Notes: a model not told the origin generated them from the letters alone. Counted from the stretch's first letter, positions 25,688 to 39,152 are shown. The stretch: DNA of 64,000 nt from Lama guanicoe (GCA_013239625.1 MU053504.1:436001-500000), one strand, 5' to 3'. Program-made: numbers and translations.

Positions 25688-25935
25688 TGATAGGGGTACA
25701 TCAAAAGACATAGGAGCTGACTAAAAAGAGCTCCCAATGGCCAAAGTTAGAAAAATTTGATCAACAAAATAAAGTAATAATGGATTATAACCTATAAGTA
25801 TGGTTAATGAAAAAAAATCATACTAATGTAAAGGGTTAATAACAGAAGAAATTGGGTGTGGGTATACGGGAACTCTTTGCATTATCTTCCCAATTTTTCT
25901 GTAAATCTAAAATTTTTCTGAAAATGAAAGTTTTT
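25255..25935 (+). mobile_element. L1MC-type 3' end fragment containing a (CA)n tract
   Basis: GGCTAGAATGATCCATGTGGTA...CCTTCTCCAGTAAGAGGAACCAGG...GGGAACTCTTTGCATTATCTTCCCAATTTTTCTGTAAATCTAAAA. Confidence 0.7.
25632..25684. repeat. (AC)n microsatellite
   Basis: Perfect dinucleotide run. Confidence 0.97.
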
Positions 25936-26625
25936 TTAAGATCCCTGATTGGTAAATTGTGGGCTGGGAGGAATTATAAGTACTTGGTGGGAAATCATTC
26001 TTTGTGCTTCATGAGCATGGTATGACTCATGTACTTAGGCAGGTCCAAAGGTGTTGGCTTTCCTGGGACATGAAGCTTTTAAGCCAGGATGGCTCCTGCA
26101 TCCACTGGATGGGGACCTCATCTTCTTGCTTCTGCACTGTACTGCTCATGTACAGGTTCAGCAAGGACTCTCCCACTGAGAGGAGCACCCGGTGCTAGCA
26201 GTGAGCACCATGCTACAAGCTGAGGTTCCTGTCTTATATCTGTCACAGTAGGTCAGTGCCATGTGTGGCTTATGGTCATCTGTTGAGTCTGAGTGTGTAG
26301 TTGAACCTAAAAAGACCCGCTGTGGACATTGCAGTGGGTGATGAACAGGAGAGTGACATGATCAGATGTGCATGTTGAAAATGTTCTCCCTCTGGCGGCT
26401 CCCAGGTGCATGGAAACAAGAGAGAGAACGAGACCATCAGTAGGTTATCGTGGTCATATCAGCATATGATACGTCCTCAATCAATTGGCTGCAGTTGTGT
26501 ATCTATAAGCTACGTGCATCTGTGAGAGACAGAATGTTCTTCTAGAACATTAGAATATCACTTAATCCAGAATTTCCCAAAGGATAGTGGTATAGAACAT
26601 GACTTTTGGTGCCATATAGATAAAT

Positions 26626-27075
26626 GTGTTTTGATTATCTATTGATGTGTAATAAACCACCCCAAAGCTTAGCAGCTTAAAATCATTCATTTGCTCAGTT
26701 TTGCAGTTTGGGCTGGACTCGTCAGGGACAGCTCAATTCTTCTCTACATCGTGTCAGCTGGGAACTGGCTGTGGGGTTTTCTGTTCTCTTCCACACGCTC
26801 TCCAGGTGGCTGGCTAGGGCTTCCTCATACAATGGCGGTCTCAAGGTCATCAGAGTTTTTTAGATGACACTCAACTTTTCCCAGAGTACAAAAGAGGAAG
26901 CTGTTGGAATTTTCTAAAGCTGAGAGTCCGAACAGGCACAGGGTCACTTCCGCTGCATTCTCTTGCTTTAGTGCAGATCACAGACCAGCCCAGATTCAGG
27001 GGGAGGGGTCTACATAAGGTTATGAATATTGGGAGGCAGGGATCATAGGAGGCAGTAAGCCTCCCACCCTCTACA
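26626..27075. mobile_element. MaLR solo LTR (MLT1 family)
   Basis: TGTGTAATAAACCACCCCAAAGCTTAGCAGCTTAAAA...GGGCTTCCTCATACAATGGCGGTCTCAAGG...CACAGACCAGCCCAGATTCAGGGGGAGGGG. Confidence 0.7.
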
Positions 27076-27691
27076 CTGTATCTGTATACACACATCCCCA
27101 TATGTGTATATATATATATATATTCATTTTAATGGCTAGGTATTTATTTTATTCTAATGTGTTTTAGAAAAACAGAGAGCTAGCTCATGAAACTACACAC
27201 ATAATATTACTCAGAGTGAGGGCAGAAAAAAATATGTCTATATGGAGTTGGAGCAACATTTTTGCTGATTTCCTCCACTGTCGGCTTTCTCTTCCACTGG
27301 GACAGAATCATTGTTCTCAGTACCTAGCACGGTGCACTCAGAATAAGGATTCCATTTCCCAGCCTCCTTTGCAGTTATCTATGACCAAGTGAACAATAAG
27401 CCGTTAGAATATTAGAGGAGGCAATGTGGGTAAGATGTATTAATTGTTCTTAAAGGAAAGGCATATGTCCACTCCATTCAGTTTCATCTCCCAGTGAACG
27501 TCTTGCTGAGTGTGGTGTTTGGGTTTGTTCCCTTGTTTTAAATTTACCCTCTGGCACCAGCCTGGCTCAGCTGGTTTTCCAGGAGCTCTGACGCTTTTAT
27601 CAAAGGGCTCTGATATCACAGTAATGGAACATGGTTCAGGGCTTGAGGAAATGAATGGATGGCCATGCTCCAGGTCCTGGAGGGAAGGGAG

Positions 27692-27719
<28 letters not shown>
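27692..27719. repeat. (AC)n microsatellite
   Basis: Perfect dinucleotide run. Confidence 0.95.
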
Positions 27720-27722
<3 letters not shown>

Positions 27723-30700
27723 CCTCCATGCATGTCTCCAGCCACCCCGGCTGCATTCCCTTCCTCTCTACCGGCTCTGGCTGAAGCTCCAGGCCTTGGG
27801 GAATGAAAAACCTGGGTGCTGAGCTCTCTTCTTGCCCTGGAATGAGGGAAATCGAGACCCACATTCCCAGTCTCTGCAAGAGCACGCACCTCCTCCTGGC
27901 AGCACCACCAGGGCAGACATTGTCCTGTGTCATTCATGCGCACAGGGCCTGGTGCATGGAAGATGCTGGGTGAGCTGGATTTAAAGCCATTCCCTTGGGA
28001 GAGGGTGGGCCCAGGAAGAGAGGAGGCGGAACAGCACGTCCTGTGCGCCGGTCCCTGTGCTGGGGCTTTACCTGGTCCCCCGCTCCCACCATCACTCTGA
28101 CAGCTTGGGGACTTGGAACTCATTCACCTGGGGAGGGAACCGGGGCTCAAATCAGGTAATTTGCCTCAGAGTCCCACCTAAAGTTAGTTGGGGCTAAGAA
28201 ACACTTCCTACTCTTCTATTCTGTTTCCAGGATCTGTGCCACCTCATCAGGGCCAGAGGCCACACTTCCCGGACATAGGGACCTAGGGCTGTGTTCTGGC
28301 TGCCTGAGCATGGAACAGGTGTGTATAGGACACACATACACAGGGCACAGGGCACAGAGCACAAAGACTAGATTACTGTATGCAGGACCCTCATGTCCAG
28401 CACAGGTGTGCACAGAGATGCACGGGACTCCTGTGTACAGGGCACACGTGGATAAGATGTGTCATAGGTTGAGTTCCCCAGAAATAAATCAAGACAAGAA
28501 TTTGAGGGCAAGCAGTTTATCCAGGAGGTGGTCCCAGGAAGCACAGTAGAGGAGTGGGGAAGTGAGACACGGGAGGGAAGGCTTCCAACACACTGCAGGT
28601 GCATTGATGAGCACGTGGCTGCTGGGGGCAACTGGGACTCAGTCGGGCTAGACTGAACATTGTCCCACCTGAGAGCCGAGGGGAGGGAGGTGTTTATCTA
28701 CCAACACCTGTTTGCCAGCACTTCCATCCTGTCCTCTGCACATGTTCCTTAAGCAGAGAGTCAAATGTGCTTGGCAGTAGGAAGCCGTGGGCACCTGTGG
28801 AGAAGGTGAATATCAAGGGGATATGGATGGGACTCTGGCAGCATTTGCTACAGGAGACAGAGGTGCAGGGCCTGTGTTCAGGACTCATGAGTACACAGAT
28901 AAAGAGCATAGGCAGAAGGCAAATTATCAGTTTTCAGTCTTGCTGTCTGGGGTGCCTGCTGGAAGGGGATAAATAGCACAGGTACCCCTAAGCCAAGTGG
29001 TACCCATCCCTGTGCTCCCTGTGGCTGGCGTGATGGCGTGTGCTTGTGTGGTTGGAAGGCTGCATTTGAGGGCTCTCAAAATGTGGAAGCTTCTCTCTGC
29101 TAAACTTCCACCTCATTTGTATTTTGTAATAGTGGGGATGAGGGCTAAGGTGTCCAGGATAAAAGAGGGGACAGCCATCAAGGGTGGGTAGGGCCCTGGA
29201 CTAGGAGTCAGACATGGAGGCAGAGCTCAGCGACATCTCTGAGCCCACTTGTCCCATCCAAGAGATGGGGATAATTCTGCCCCTGTGTCTCTGGGCAGGT
29301 CACCTACCACTCTTGCGTCTTGGGTTTCCTGTTCGCCCAGTTAGCATTACGGAAGTCCTCTCCCTGCTATGGACTTCACAGATCAGGTCACAAACAAGAA
29401 AACATTTGGGCAAGAATAAAATATGTAGGTAGTGGGATTATGGAAGAGCCTGAGTGGGGGAAACAAGGAAACTGGCTTCTCCTGCTAGCTCTGCTGCTGT
29501 ATTTTAAGCAGATTGGTTTGACTCCTGTCATAAAGAGGCTCAAAATGATAGTGTCTTCAGTGAAACAGAACTCATTTTACTCTTATGTAAAAGTATACTT
29601 GGCAGTTAAGGCTGACACGGCGGCTTCACCAATCACGAGAGACCCCTGTTCTTTCTGTCTTGTTGCTCTGCCATCCTCCATCCAGCAGTCCAAGATGGCT
29701 GCTCCGCCTCCAGCCCTTCTGACTATATTCCAGTCAGCAGGAGGAGAACCAGGGGAAGGGGCAGGAATCCTTCTCCCCCCTTTTAAGGGCACAACCCAGA
29801 AATTGCACATCTCACTTCCATTCATATCCTGCTGGCCAAGATTTAATCATCTGACCACACTTCCCTGCAAGGGAGTCTAGGAATTGTTCTTTGCCACGTG
29901 TGAATGGGAAAAGGGAAAATAAGGAACAACCTGCCATTTTGCCACAGCTGCTGACTTGCTTGAGCAACTCACATCTTCATCTGAGCCATCGTTTCTTCAT
30001 TTGCAAATTTTGTAATTCCTTCATTGATATATTCATTCATGCATACATACACGCCAGGCTTGTGCTATAAAGTACGATTTTTGAAACACTTGGCTGCTAA
30101 TGGATTCTCTTAGTAGCTGGACCATAAGCCTTGTGAAGTCATGTGTGAAGCCTTCCTTGCTCACTGCTGCACCCCTGGCATCCAGCACGAGATCTGTCTG
30201 GTACATGGAAGCCATATTACTGGCTGCTCGTGGATGATGAGTGCATGGCCGTTCTGGCTTTGATCATTGGTGAAGAGACTTTTCCTCACTGAGGGGTTTA
30301 AGTTCTTTCCTTTTCCAGGCCTCCTGGCTCCACACCTCCCCTTATCCCCATGTGCCAAGCCTTTCTAAGACTAGGAAGGAAAATGTGCTCTAAGCCAGAA
30401 TTCTGAGAGTGGGATTAAAAATAAATGAAAACGCATCAAAACAAGTTAACCACAAGCACTGGCTTCCAGGGTAATTAGGTGTTGGCCTGGAGGCCAAGGA
30501 CAGAGTGTCAGACTCTAATTGCCAAGCACCCCTATCAATACCACTGCTGTGTCGGGCAGAGAACCTGCCGGGCTGCGCAGGAGGGCAGCAGGTGGTTTAG
30601 CTTAGCCCTGCTTGACCCCCCAGCCCCTGCAGGATGCCAGGCAAGACCCTCCCACACAGGTCAGGGAGAGCAGGTCCCTGCTGCTTACCTGCTTGATAAT

Positions 30701-30819
30701 CCCAGGAAAATCTCTGCCTCTTTGAGCCTCAGTTTCCTCACATGTAAGAAGGGGTTAACAATGGGATGTATCTGTACTCAGCTCTGAAATGCAGATAACC
30801 ATGGTACCTGCTTCATAGG

Positions 30820-31048
30820 CAGAGGTTCCCAGACTTTCTCAGCTCATGGCACCCTTCGCATCTCAGTCATTTGTTTTCAGAGTGCACCAGGCCCAAAGAA
30901 ATGTCTAACAGTTGCTTGTTAAATTAAGATCAAACAACTTAACAATAATAGTTTGTACAGTGGCCAACAGATGTTTATTGTGTTTCCCTGAAAATTTTAA
31001 AATGTTTTGCAAAGCCTCTGGGTGCCTTGGCACTCAGTTTGGGACCTG
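30820..31048. mobile_element. hAT-Charlie MITE inserted into a MIR
   Basis: Imperfect terminal inverted repeats CAGAGGTTCCCA...TTTGGGACCTG, with MIR-like sequence on both flanks. Confidence 0.5.
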
Positions 31049-33797
31049 CAGTGATAAGGTTTGGAGGAAGAAATGAGGTTGTGTAGGTCAAGAGCTTATC
31101 ACAGCATGTGGTCTGGAGTAGGAGGTCAATAAACGTTAGTTGTCCTAAATCATCCTTCAAGTCTCTCTAGTCCTTTCTGTGTCTCCTGCCACTGGCACCC
31201 GGCTCCTGCCCCCTCATAGTGTCTGCTCGCCATCTTCCAGGCCTGTGGCCCCACTTCTGAACTAACTTCCTTCTGCTGTAGAATTGCCAGCCCCGCTTCT
31301 TCCTTTGTCTCTTAACTCCACATGTGGGGCACGATTTCTTCATGGGTGGAGTATACGTCTTGGCCTCTTAACTCCAGACTTGGCTGTGTGACTCGCTTTG
31401 CTCACATGGCAGAAGTGACAGTGGCAGCTCTGAGCCTAGGTCTTAAGAAGCCTCACATGGTTCCACTTGCTGTCATATCCTCCGCCGTTGCCAAGAGAAG
31501 AACTTGTCCCGATAGTCCGGGGATTCCAGGAGGAGGACAGGAGACCCATGGAGCAGGCTCCGATCTGCAGACCTGAAGCCTGATGCAGACCATCCCAGCC
31601 AACCCGCAAACTCAGGAGTGAAAATAACAATTATTATTTGAAGGTATGGAGTTTGGGAAAGGTTTGTTACACGGTGTCCTTGTGACATTCCAACCCCCTC
31701 TATCTGTGGCAAATTCAGACTCCCTGAGGGGAGATCCAATTGGGTTATTTGATCACCACCCAGAGCACTTTCACACCAATCACCCTCAGGGCAGCCGAGG
31801 GTCTCCCTCCTGTCTGGTCTGCAGGTGGCTGCTTTGGGCTGGGGCACCCAGCACTGATCCAGGCAGTTGCCCTATAATTACAGGGTCATGTGACACAAAG
31901 CCCGGTGACCTGCCTGGAAGCAATCATCTCTGGTCCCTGTATTCAAAAGGGGTGTAAATGTGGCATGCGAGAGTTTCTTGGATCCTCTTTGGTTCTAAAC
32001 AGTGACAGCTAAACCAGGAGAAACTGCACATAGAATTTTCTCTGCGTATGGCAGTCAGAATGCATCTCACGCTATAAACTCCAGGGTATAAGAAATGTGA
32101 TGTTTCTTACAACTCATTTTTGTAATTATTTTGAGCATCATTCTGCCTAAGATGGAAAGGGTGAGGCCCAGCTCACATAGAAAGTTTGGTAGAGCCGGGA
32201 TTAGAAACCAGGTGTCCTGGGTTCCCAAACAGTGTCCTGGCCCCCTTCCCTGCCCAGTCAGTCTCACACTTGGAAGGATGCCACAGGCCCTACCTTGGAG
32301 CCAGCAGAGCCCCTTCTCCAGCCTCCCTGATCATCCAGGCTGCAGGTCCACACTCCACGGACTGGTGCCCACTACTTGGCAGAATTCTAAGCAACACTTT
32401 CCTCCTACTCAGTCTCAATCCGCCTCCCTATGTCCTGTACCCACTGCCCTAACTCTATCTTCTGGGACTAAGCTTAATGTCCACTCTTTTTTCTTTAATT
32501 TATAAACATTTCCTGTTTTAACTTCTATAAATTCTATTTAGTTCTTTTGAAATCAGGCTTTTTAAATAGTCTTTCCTTATGTTTTCAGTTTCTTCTCATA
32601 AGACTTTAATTCCTCTCAAATACTTTTTTGTCATCTTATCTGAAGTTCTTAGGGGAAGAAGGGTCTAATCCTGCTATTGCTGGTGTCTGCTGACTGTCAC
32701 TTATGGTGGATGGGTCCCTTGTGTTTTTTAATTTGGGGTTATGAGTTCATCTTCAGTGGAGCTTTATCTGTGGACAACTTGTGTAGCCTGGGTTGAGGGC
32801 AGGTCCTATTTCGCTTTGCTGGTCACCTCAGCTCTTTGTCTGGGATCGCTATGTTAATTCTTAGTTTAGGGTTCCTAGTTCATGTGGATCGAATGATTTA
32901 AAAAAAAAACCTACATGTGAATAGATCCTACTTATTTTCATTATAATATTACTTTGATTATAGTTTGTTTTCATCCTCAGCTCCCCGAAAGCACAGTCTT
33001 TGTCTCTGATTTGGGACCCTATGCCCAGTGCCTACAGCAGAATTTGGCACACAGTAGGCACTCAATAAGTGTTGTTGAAAGAGAGTATTAAAGTATACCC
33101 CTTCAAAGTGTGTTGTGAGGAATAAATGATGCATCTGTTAGGACTGTTTGCCCAATTAAAACTTAGGTTTATTGTTTCACGTCACAGACAGATGCTTTTG
33201 GTGATTCTGTGACTCGGTGATTTCAATGCCTCTGCAGTTTTCTTCGCCTTTGTCTTAGGGTTGCGACTTGGTTACTGTAGCTCCAGGGATCATATCCACA
33301 TTCAAGGCAGAAGGAAGGAGAAGAAAGCAAGAGTAAAGGGGGTTCATCCCCGACAGTTTCCCTTATGAGGTAAGTAACGTTTTCCTAGGAGTCTAACGGC
33401 AAATTTCTGCTTTGATCTCATTTGCTAGAAATGAGTCGCATGAGCATCCAGAAGAAAGAGAGCTTGAAAAGAGAGAATTTCCCTTTATCTATAGACTCTA
33501 TAGATAGTCAAGGGAGGGAGGAAGGGGGCTGGGAATGCATATGTGGCGTCCTCCCCAAATGAGATTTTCTGTCTATATCTATATAAGGCATTTAGAGCAA
33601 AACAAGCCCTCAGTTAGGGGACACCTATTTTCCTAATAATGATTAATTTTATCATTTAAAGCTTTATCGTCCCTGTGATCCTGTCGGCATCAGATTTGGA
33701 TTCTGGATCCTGCAGGCACTGAGGCATCTGTACCCCAATGATCTCCCTCTCACCCCAATGATCTTCCCTCGTTCTGTTCAGAGCACTGAAGCCCTTT

Positions 33798-33800
<3 letters not shown>

Positions 33801-33844
<44 letters not shown>

Positions 33845-33846
33845 AC
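33801..33846. repeat. (AC)n microsatellite upstream of the C20orf202 start codon
   Basis: Dinucleotide run ending about 165 bp before the ATG at 34011. Confidence 0.95.
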
Positions 33847-34010
33847 GCTACATTTCCCAAAGTGAGCCACTTTCTGCTGTCATTAACTCCATCCTTCATG
33901 ACTTGGCCAGACCCTGCTCCCAGCCTGAAGCAAGTAGCACACTGTGCAAGTCAAAGGTCCCTTAGGCCCGTCACCAGGTCAGCATTGAGGTCTCTCCCAA
34001 GGACACCGAG

Positions 34011-34076
34011 ATGAAAACAGCAGAAGAGCCGACTTCAAGTCTTGGGCAGACCCTGGAGTGGCTGAGAAAGGAGCTG
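34011..34076 (+). CDS. C20orf202: C20orf202 orthologue, coding exon 1 (22 codons)
   Basis: Start context GAGATGA, with an in-frame TAG upstream at 33963-33965. Encodes MKTAEEPTSSLGQTLEWLRKEL, then donor |gtaagg in phase 0. Confidence 0.88.
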
Positions 34077-35977
34077 GTAAGGCTTTGCCTGTCTTTTTAC
34101 CTGACACCCTCATCCCATGCCTTCTGAGGCTCCCTGGTACCCCCATGCAGGTGCCCCCTAGGCTGGGGCAGAGGCTGCCAGCTGGGGTGTAGACCCTGCA
34201 GGCACCCCTCTGGGACGGGTCACACGGCACACGATCGCCATCTCCAGTGCTGAGATAAGTAGGTCGTGGCCTACATAGGAGGTGCTGGGTGCTGTGCTTG
34301 CCAGACTAGTTTTAGAATTCCACTGAGTCCTGGTACGTGCCCGGCTCTACTGTGGCGTGGCATCCAGCAAGTGGCTTTACCTCTTTGAACTTCAGTCTCC
34401 TTATCATAAAATGGGGATAGTCACAGTGCCAGCATCCCAAGGGTTATTGCAGGAATTTGGTGAGGAGATGGTGTAATTCGCTTAGTGTCTGCTTGGCACA
34501 GCGATGCTGGCTGTTACAACCCGGACCCAGTTGGATAAGGAGTACACTCACTGTCTTAGCCTGGTTCCTCTAGAAAGCAGAGGCTTGCACAAGGATTATT
34601 TGGAGGTGCAAGCCCAGAGCAGTGACAGTGAGGGAAATAAGAAGTGGAGACAAAGGCCAGGGCTATCGCAGGAGATGCCTTGTGAGCCTACCGTGCCGGC
34701 TGCCACTTTAGAAGGAGCCCAGCGGCCCTCTCAGCCACTGGTTACCTGGCCGCAGGATTCTCTGCAGCGGTTGACAGAGGGTCTTCACCCTGGGGAAGAG
34801 AAGAGGAAGTTTATCTGCCCAGCTCACTCCTGTCTCCCATTTCCTGTCATTAAAGGTCCACCCCATGGGGCACTAACTCTCCTGAACTTCTGTTACTTGG
34901 TCCCCCTCGGTATCTGCTCAGGAAGCCAGGCCTTATGCCTCTCTTTGTGCTGCTTTCTCCAAGTCCAAAAATAGAGGGGTGCCCCAAAGTGGGTGGAGAC
35001 ACCAGCCAAGAGAGAGAAGGAGGTGGTTCGGGGAACCCCAGAGGGCACCCATGGTTTGTATCCCAATTCGCCATCTTCTACTTCTGGGGAGGGACAGACA
35101 GGATTGTCTGAAAATGACTTGTCTGGGTTGCCAGGCAACAGACTAGCTGGGACCCAAGCCTGTCCTCACCCGGGTGGGAGGGGCTGACCCAGTCGGGCTT
35201 CTCATGGGCTCAGGGGTCTCCAGCAGCAGGAGACGCAGCTTCTTATAGTTCTTGGGGATCCAGAGATTGGAGCTGCTGCTGCTGGAGTCTCCCGGGCCCA
35301 CGAGAAGCCCCTGGGTCAGCCCCTCCCACCAGTCGCTCCCTGTGCTCCCCTAAACACTGGGTGCCCACACTGAGACTGCTGATTTCCACCTGATAAAGTA
35401 CCTCTCTCCCACCCGTGAGAAGGGACAACAGGTCAGGGGGAAAGGGGAAAACCTGCCCGGGACACAGCCTCCCAAGCCCAAACGCTCCCCTTTCATGTGA
35501 TGCCAAGAGATGGGAGCCTTGAGTCTCCACTTGCTAATCCCTGACTTGTAAATTTCCCAGTCAAGCCTGTTTTTAACCTCTATCCTGTGGAATTCACATG
35601 ACTCCATAAGGGCTTCCCTCTGGAGCCCAGCCAAGAAGCCCCATTGACCATCAGGGAAACGTGTCAGTCACTGCATGTCCGTCACTTTATGCAGCAGAAG
35701 GAACAAATTAGGAACACCAATGACTACCATGAATGAAAGTCCAGTACTCTCCCTCCTCTCCTGGGACCACGTAAGCCCCCAAAGTCCTGTTGGGATCTAC
35801 AACAGGGGAGAGAGCCTTGAAAGGCAAGTAATTTGCTTGGCAGATGAAGAAACTGAGGCTGTGGTGGACGTGGCTTCTGTGAGGTTGGGCTTGTCCCCAG
35901 TGAGACAGTGATGGGAATAGGCTCTCTGGGGAATGTCCAGCTCTGCTCGCCCCTCACAGACTCATTCTCTCTCCTAG

Positions 35978-36211
35978 GCTGAGATGCAGGTCCAAGACCA
36001 GAGACTCCTGCTCACGCTGAGGCATCTTCACAGTGTCCTGGAGGAGCTGCGTGCAGAGAGTGCTCACTGGGAGGACGCCAGGTCCAGTGGAGGGACCTCC
36101 CCCATCAGAGCTCGAGCAGGCTCTGAAGGCAGGAGCCGCCAGCCCTCCTCCTTCAGGGGCCTGGCCCATCTCTTCCAAGGGGTAGACAGCAGACGCAGCT
36201 CCCTCCCTTAA
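35978..36211 (+). CDS. C20orf202: C20orf202 orthologue, coding exon 2 (99 aa in total; AARD/FAM167-like coiled coil)
   Basis: Acceptor ctctctcctag|. Encodes AEMQVQDQRLLLTLRHLHSVLEELRAESAHWEDARSSGGTSPIRARAGSEG...SRRSSLP then TAA. Its position between TMEM74B and RAD21L1 matches the human order. Confidence 0.9.
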   Translation, partial: AEMQVQDQRLLLTLRHLHSVLEELRAESAHWEDARSSGGTSPIRARAGSEGRSRQPSSFRGLAHLFQGVDSRRSSLP

Positions 36212-36597
36212 TGGGCCAGAGATGAGCCTGGACATGAAACCTCTCCCACCAGTCTAAACTTCGGTTGTGGTGTTGTTAGGAGAGGGCACTGGAATGAGAG
36301 TCCAGAAGTCAGGGCTGGAGTTCACCCCTGCCCTCATCCACTGTGTGTCCCTGAACCTGTCACTCAGCTTCTCTGTGTCACTCTTCCCTCTCCTGTCTCT
36401 TATCAGAGATTTTGCACAAATAACATATCAGATGTGAACACACTTGGAAAAGACAAACATGTTGCATGACTTCTGACAAGTACTGTGGCAGTAATCCCAT
36501 CCTTGGGAATTTCTCACAAGGCGATTGTTAAAACAAAGAAAGAGCTCAGTGTGCCAGGATGTTTATCTAGTGTTGCCATGGTGAAAAACCAGCCCAT

Positions 36598-37165
36598 GTG
36601 TAGTGACTTGATGGTTGTTTTCTGTCTTCCCAGCAGGACTTTTTATTCCCCTTTTATCTGAAAGCAACAGTCCCTACAAGCACCCTGGGCATAGGGATGG
36701 GCATGTGACCAGGCCTGGCCAATTGTCATTCAGGTCATCCTAGCAACATGATTGGCCCAATGGGTGGGCATGTGACTCAGCAGAGCCAATCACGGCCCTT
36801 CTCTGGTGTTGCGCTTTTGATGCTTGTTCTACTGCAGTTGCAAAGCTGGGGCTGGCAGGGCCCGTGTTCCCTGTCAGGTGAGGAGGGCCTGCCTGCAGGA
36901 GGAAAGAAAGAGGCTAATCTTCAAAGAGAAGCAGAGAGAGGGCCACAGGAGAGATGGGGAGAGAGGAAGGGTGCTGAGGGTGTTGGCTTTTTTTAGTCCC
37001 TGGTTTCAGGTCCTAGTTCTGTGAGTTAGTCCTGCCGTCCCTCGGGCACAGAAACCAGTGAATCCCACCACAACCACCGCCCACGAACACAGGCACCAGT
37101 TTGTTTTTGCTTAAGCTGATTTGAGTAGGGTTTCCCTCATTTGCAACCAAAACAGTCCTGAGGAA
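36598..37165 (+). mobile_element. ERVL solo LTR (LTR16-like)
   Basis: Repeated GGGCATGTGAC...CCAAT units and the terminal TTGCTTAAGCTGATTTGAGTAGGGTTTC...TTTGCAACCAAAACAGTCCTGA. Confidence 0.7.
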
Positions 37166-37584
37166 CATAATCCAGATGTTCAAAGCAGCAAAGCAGAGAA
37201 ATCGTGAAAAAATGGTGTTTCTTTCATTCAGGGTTGGCAGCAATATATGGCAGGCAACGAGGTGCATGACCTGGCAGAACCCTCAGCTGTACGGGGTGCT
37301 GGAGCTGTAACTTTGAAAAATTCTAAAAGAAAGACTTTAAAATGGCACAAGTGAAAATAAAAGTGTTAAGATGGTCCAATTGATTATTGTTAGTCCTTTT
37401 TATTTTTGAAAATCTTCTTGCATGTTGTTAGGATATTGTTCTTAAGGCTTTGAAAAAGTAAATTCATTGCATACAGAGGCAAAGTGTGTGTATATGGGGG
37501 GCAGGGTGCATTATATGTACAATGTTTATAGTCAGACTAACCTGGAATTTTTATATAACATATGATAATGTAAAAAATATTTCT

Positions 37585-38005
37585 GTCAGTGGCTGAATGG
37601 ATAAAAAAGATATGATACATACATAAAGTGAAATGTCATTCAGCCTTAAAAAGGAAGGAAGTTCTGGCACGTGCCACAACATGGGTGGACTTTGAAGACT
37701 TTATGCTATGTGAACTAAGCTAGTCACAAAGGGACAAATACAGTATGTTTCCGCTCACACAAGTTACGTAGAGTAGTCAGATTCACCGGGACAGAAAGTA
37801 GAGTGGTGGTTGTCAGGAGCTGGGGAGTGGGGAGTGTTTTGATGGGTGCAGAGTTTCAGTGTTGTGAGATGACTAGAGTTGAGTGGATGGATGGTGGTGA
37901 TGGTAACATAACTACAGGAATGTACTTGAGGACACTATACACTTAAAAATGGTTAAAATGATCACATTTATCTTGTGTTATATTTTACCACCGTTAAAAA
38001 TAAAT
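37585..38005 (+). mobile_element. L1MB-type 3' end
   Basis: GAATGGATAAAAAA...TTCAGCCTTAAAAAGGAAGGAA...ACAGAAAGTAGAGTGGTGGTTGTCAGG...ACACTTAAAAATGGTTAAAATG...ATATTTTACCAC. Confidence 0.85.
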
Positions 38006-38746
38006 ACTTAAAAATTTTAAATTACCTGCTCTGGGATACTGGGACTGAAGCCTCAGAAACCACATTTCTGCGTTATTAACTGCTCTGGGTTAGATTTTGT
38101 TTGACTTTGTCGAGAAGCAGGGCAGGGCTGGAGGAGGGAGCAAAGACTTGCTTCTTCACCTTTGTTCTCTGTAGCTTCCTGTGGTGCTCCTTCACCTCAC
38201 AGCAGCAACTCCTCCCCGTGGCACCAGCCAGCACCGCCTTCTCAAGGCTCTAGGTCCCAGCCCAGTGTGGCCCTTCCCCCTAAGCTCTGAGACATCAGTC
38301 TCACATGGTCAGCATCCCCTCAAGTCTGAGTTCCTGCCCTCCCTGGTCCTCCTCAGCTCTCCAGACTCGAGCCCCCACTGAGCAGTTCTGCCTTCTCAGA
38401 TGCCCAAAGTTTAGCTCTACAAGACTTCTCCTCCTCATTTTCCAGTTTTGATCATTTCAGCCTCTTCTCTTTGTTTCCTCAGCCCCAGGAATGATAGTTG
38501 CATCCTGCAGGTCTAACTTCGTTCTATCTTAGTGTTCTTTTTATAACCTTTTAGTCACCAAATTAACAGCTTTATATCTAGTTAGCAATTCTTTATATTA
38601 AATTCTCTTTGTTACAATAACTGGGGTGGTTCCTGTCTCCTGCCCTTCTCTGATCGGCTCAGTTTTAGCCTTTAATTATCAATGCTGCTGTGATCACTTT
38701 TGTTCATGGGCCCCAGTGTATAAGCACAGAGCGTCTCTAGGACATA

Positions 38747-39152
38747 CAGGTTTTCCCCACTGTCCGAAAGTCGAGCATTCCTATGAAACCTTTCACAAGC
38801 CAAAATGTGTAAAGCGAACAAGCAACTACCTTAGGATGCATCTTGCTAGCGGAGGCACAAAATTAACTGAGATAAAGCACAGATGCTCACAGACACAGGT
38901 CAAAGCTATGGCAGCTCGATGCAGAGATGCCGAGTGCAGTTCCTAGGGAAGGCGCTTGGTGGCGCCACTCCCTTGGGGTGATTGCTGCGTCTATAATGGC
39001 TCACACCACGACACTCAGTGCCATTTTCACTTTTCACCTGTTTTTGTAAAATCAATTGGCTTTCTTTCAGTTCACGAAAACAGGTACTAGTGAAGGTCTT
39101 TTGTAAAAGCAAAGTGGTGTAAAGTGAATTTTGGGAAAACAACAGATACCTG
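38747..39152. mobile_element. TcMar-Tigger non-autonomous element (Tigger5/MER47-like) inserted in an antisense L1 fragment (about 38655-39350)
   Basis: TA|CAGG...CCTG|TA gives a TA target duplication with inverted termini. L1-like sequence lies on both sides. Confidence 0.75.

Noticed and set aside
29320..29880. 186-aa ORF
   Set aside because: Non-ATG start, and the second half lies in MaLR LTR-like sequence with no recognisable domain.
35984..36211. 75-aa ORF treated as a complete gene
   Set aside because: It is only exon 2 of C20orf202. The true start is at 34011.
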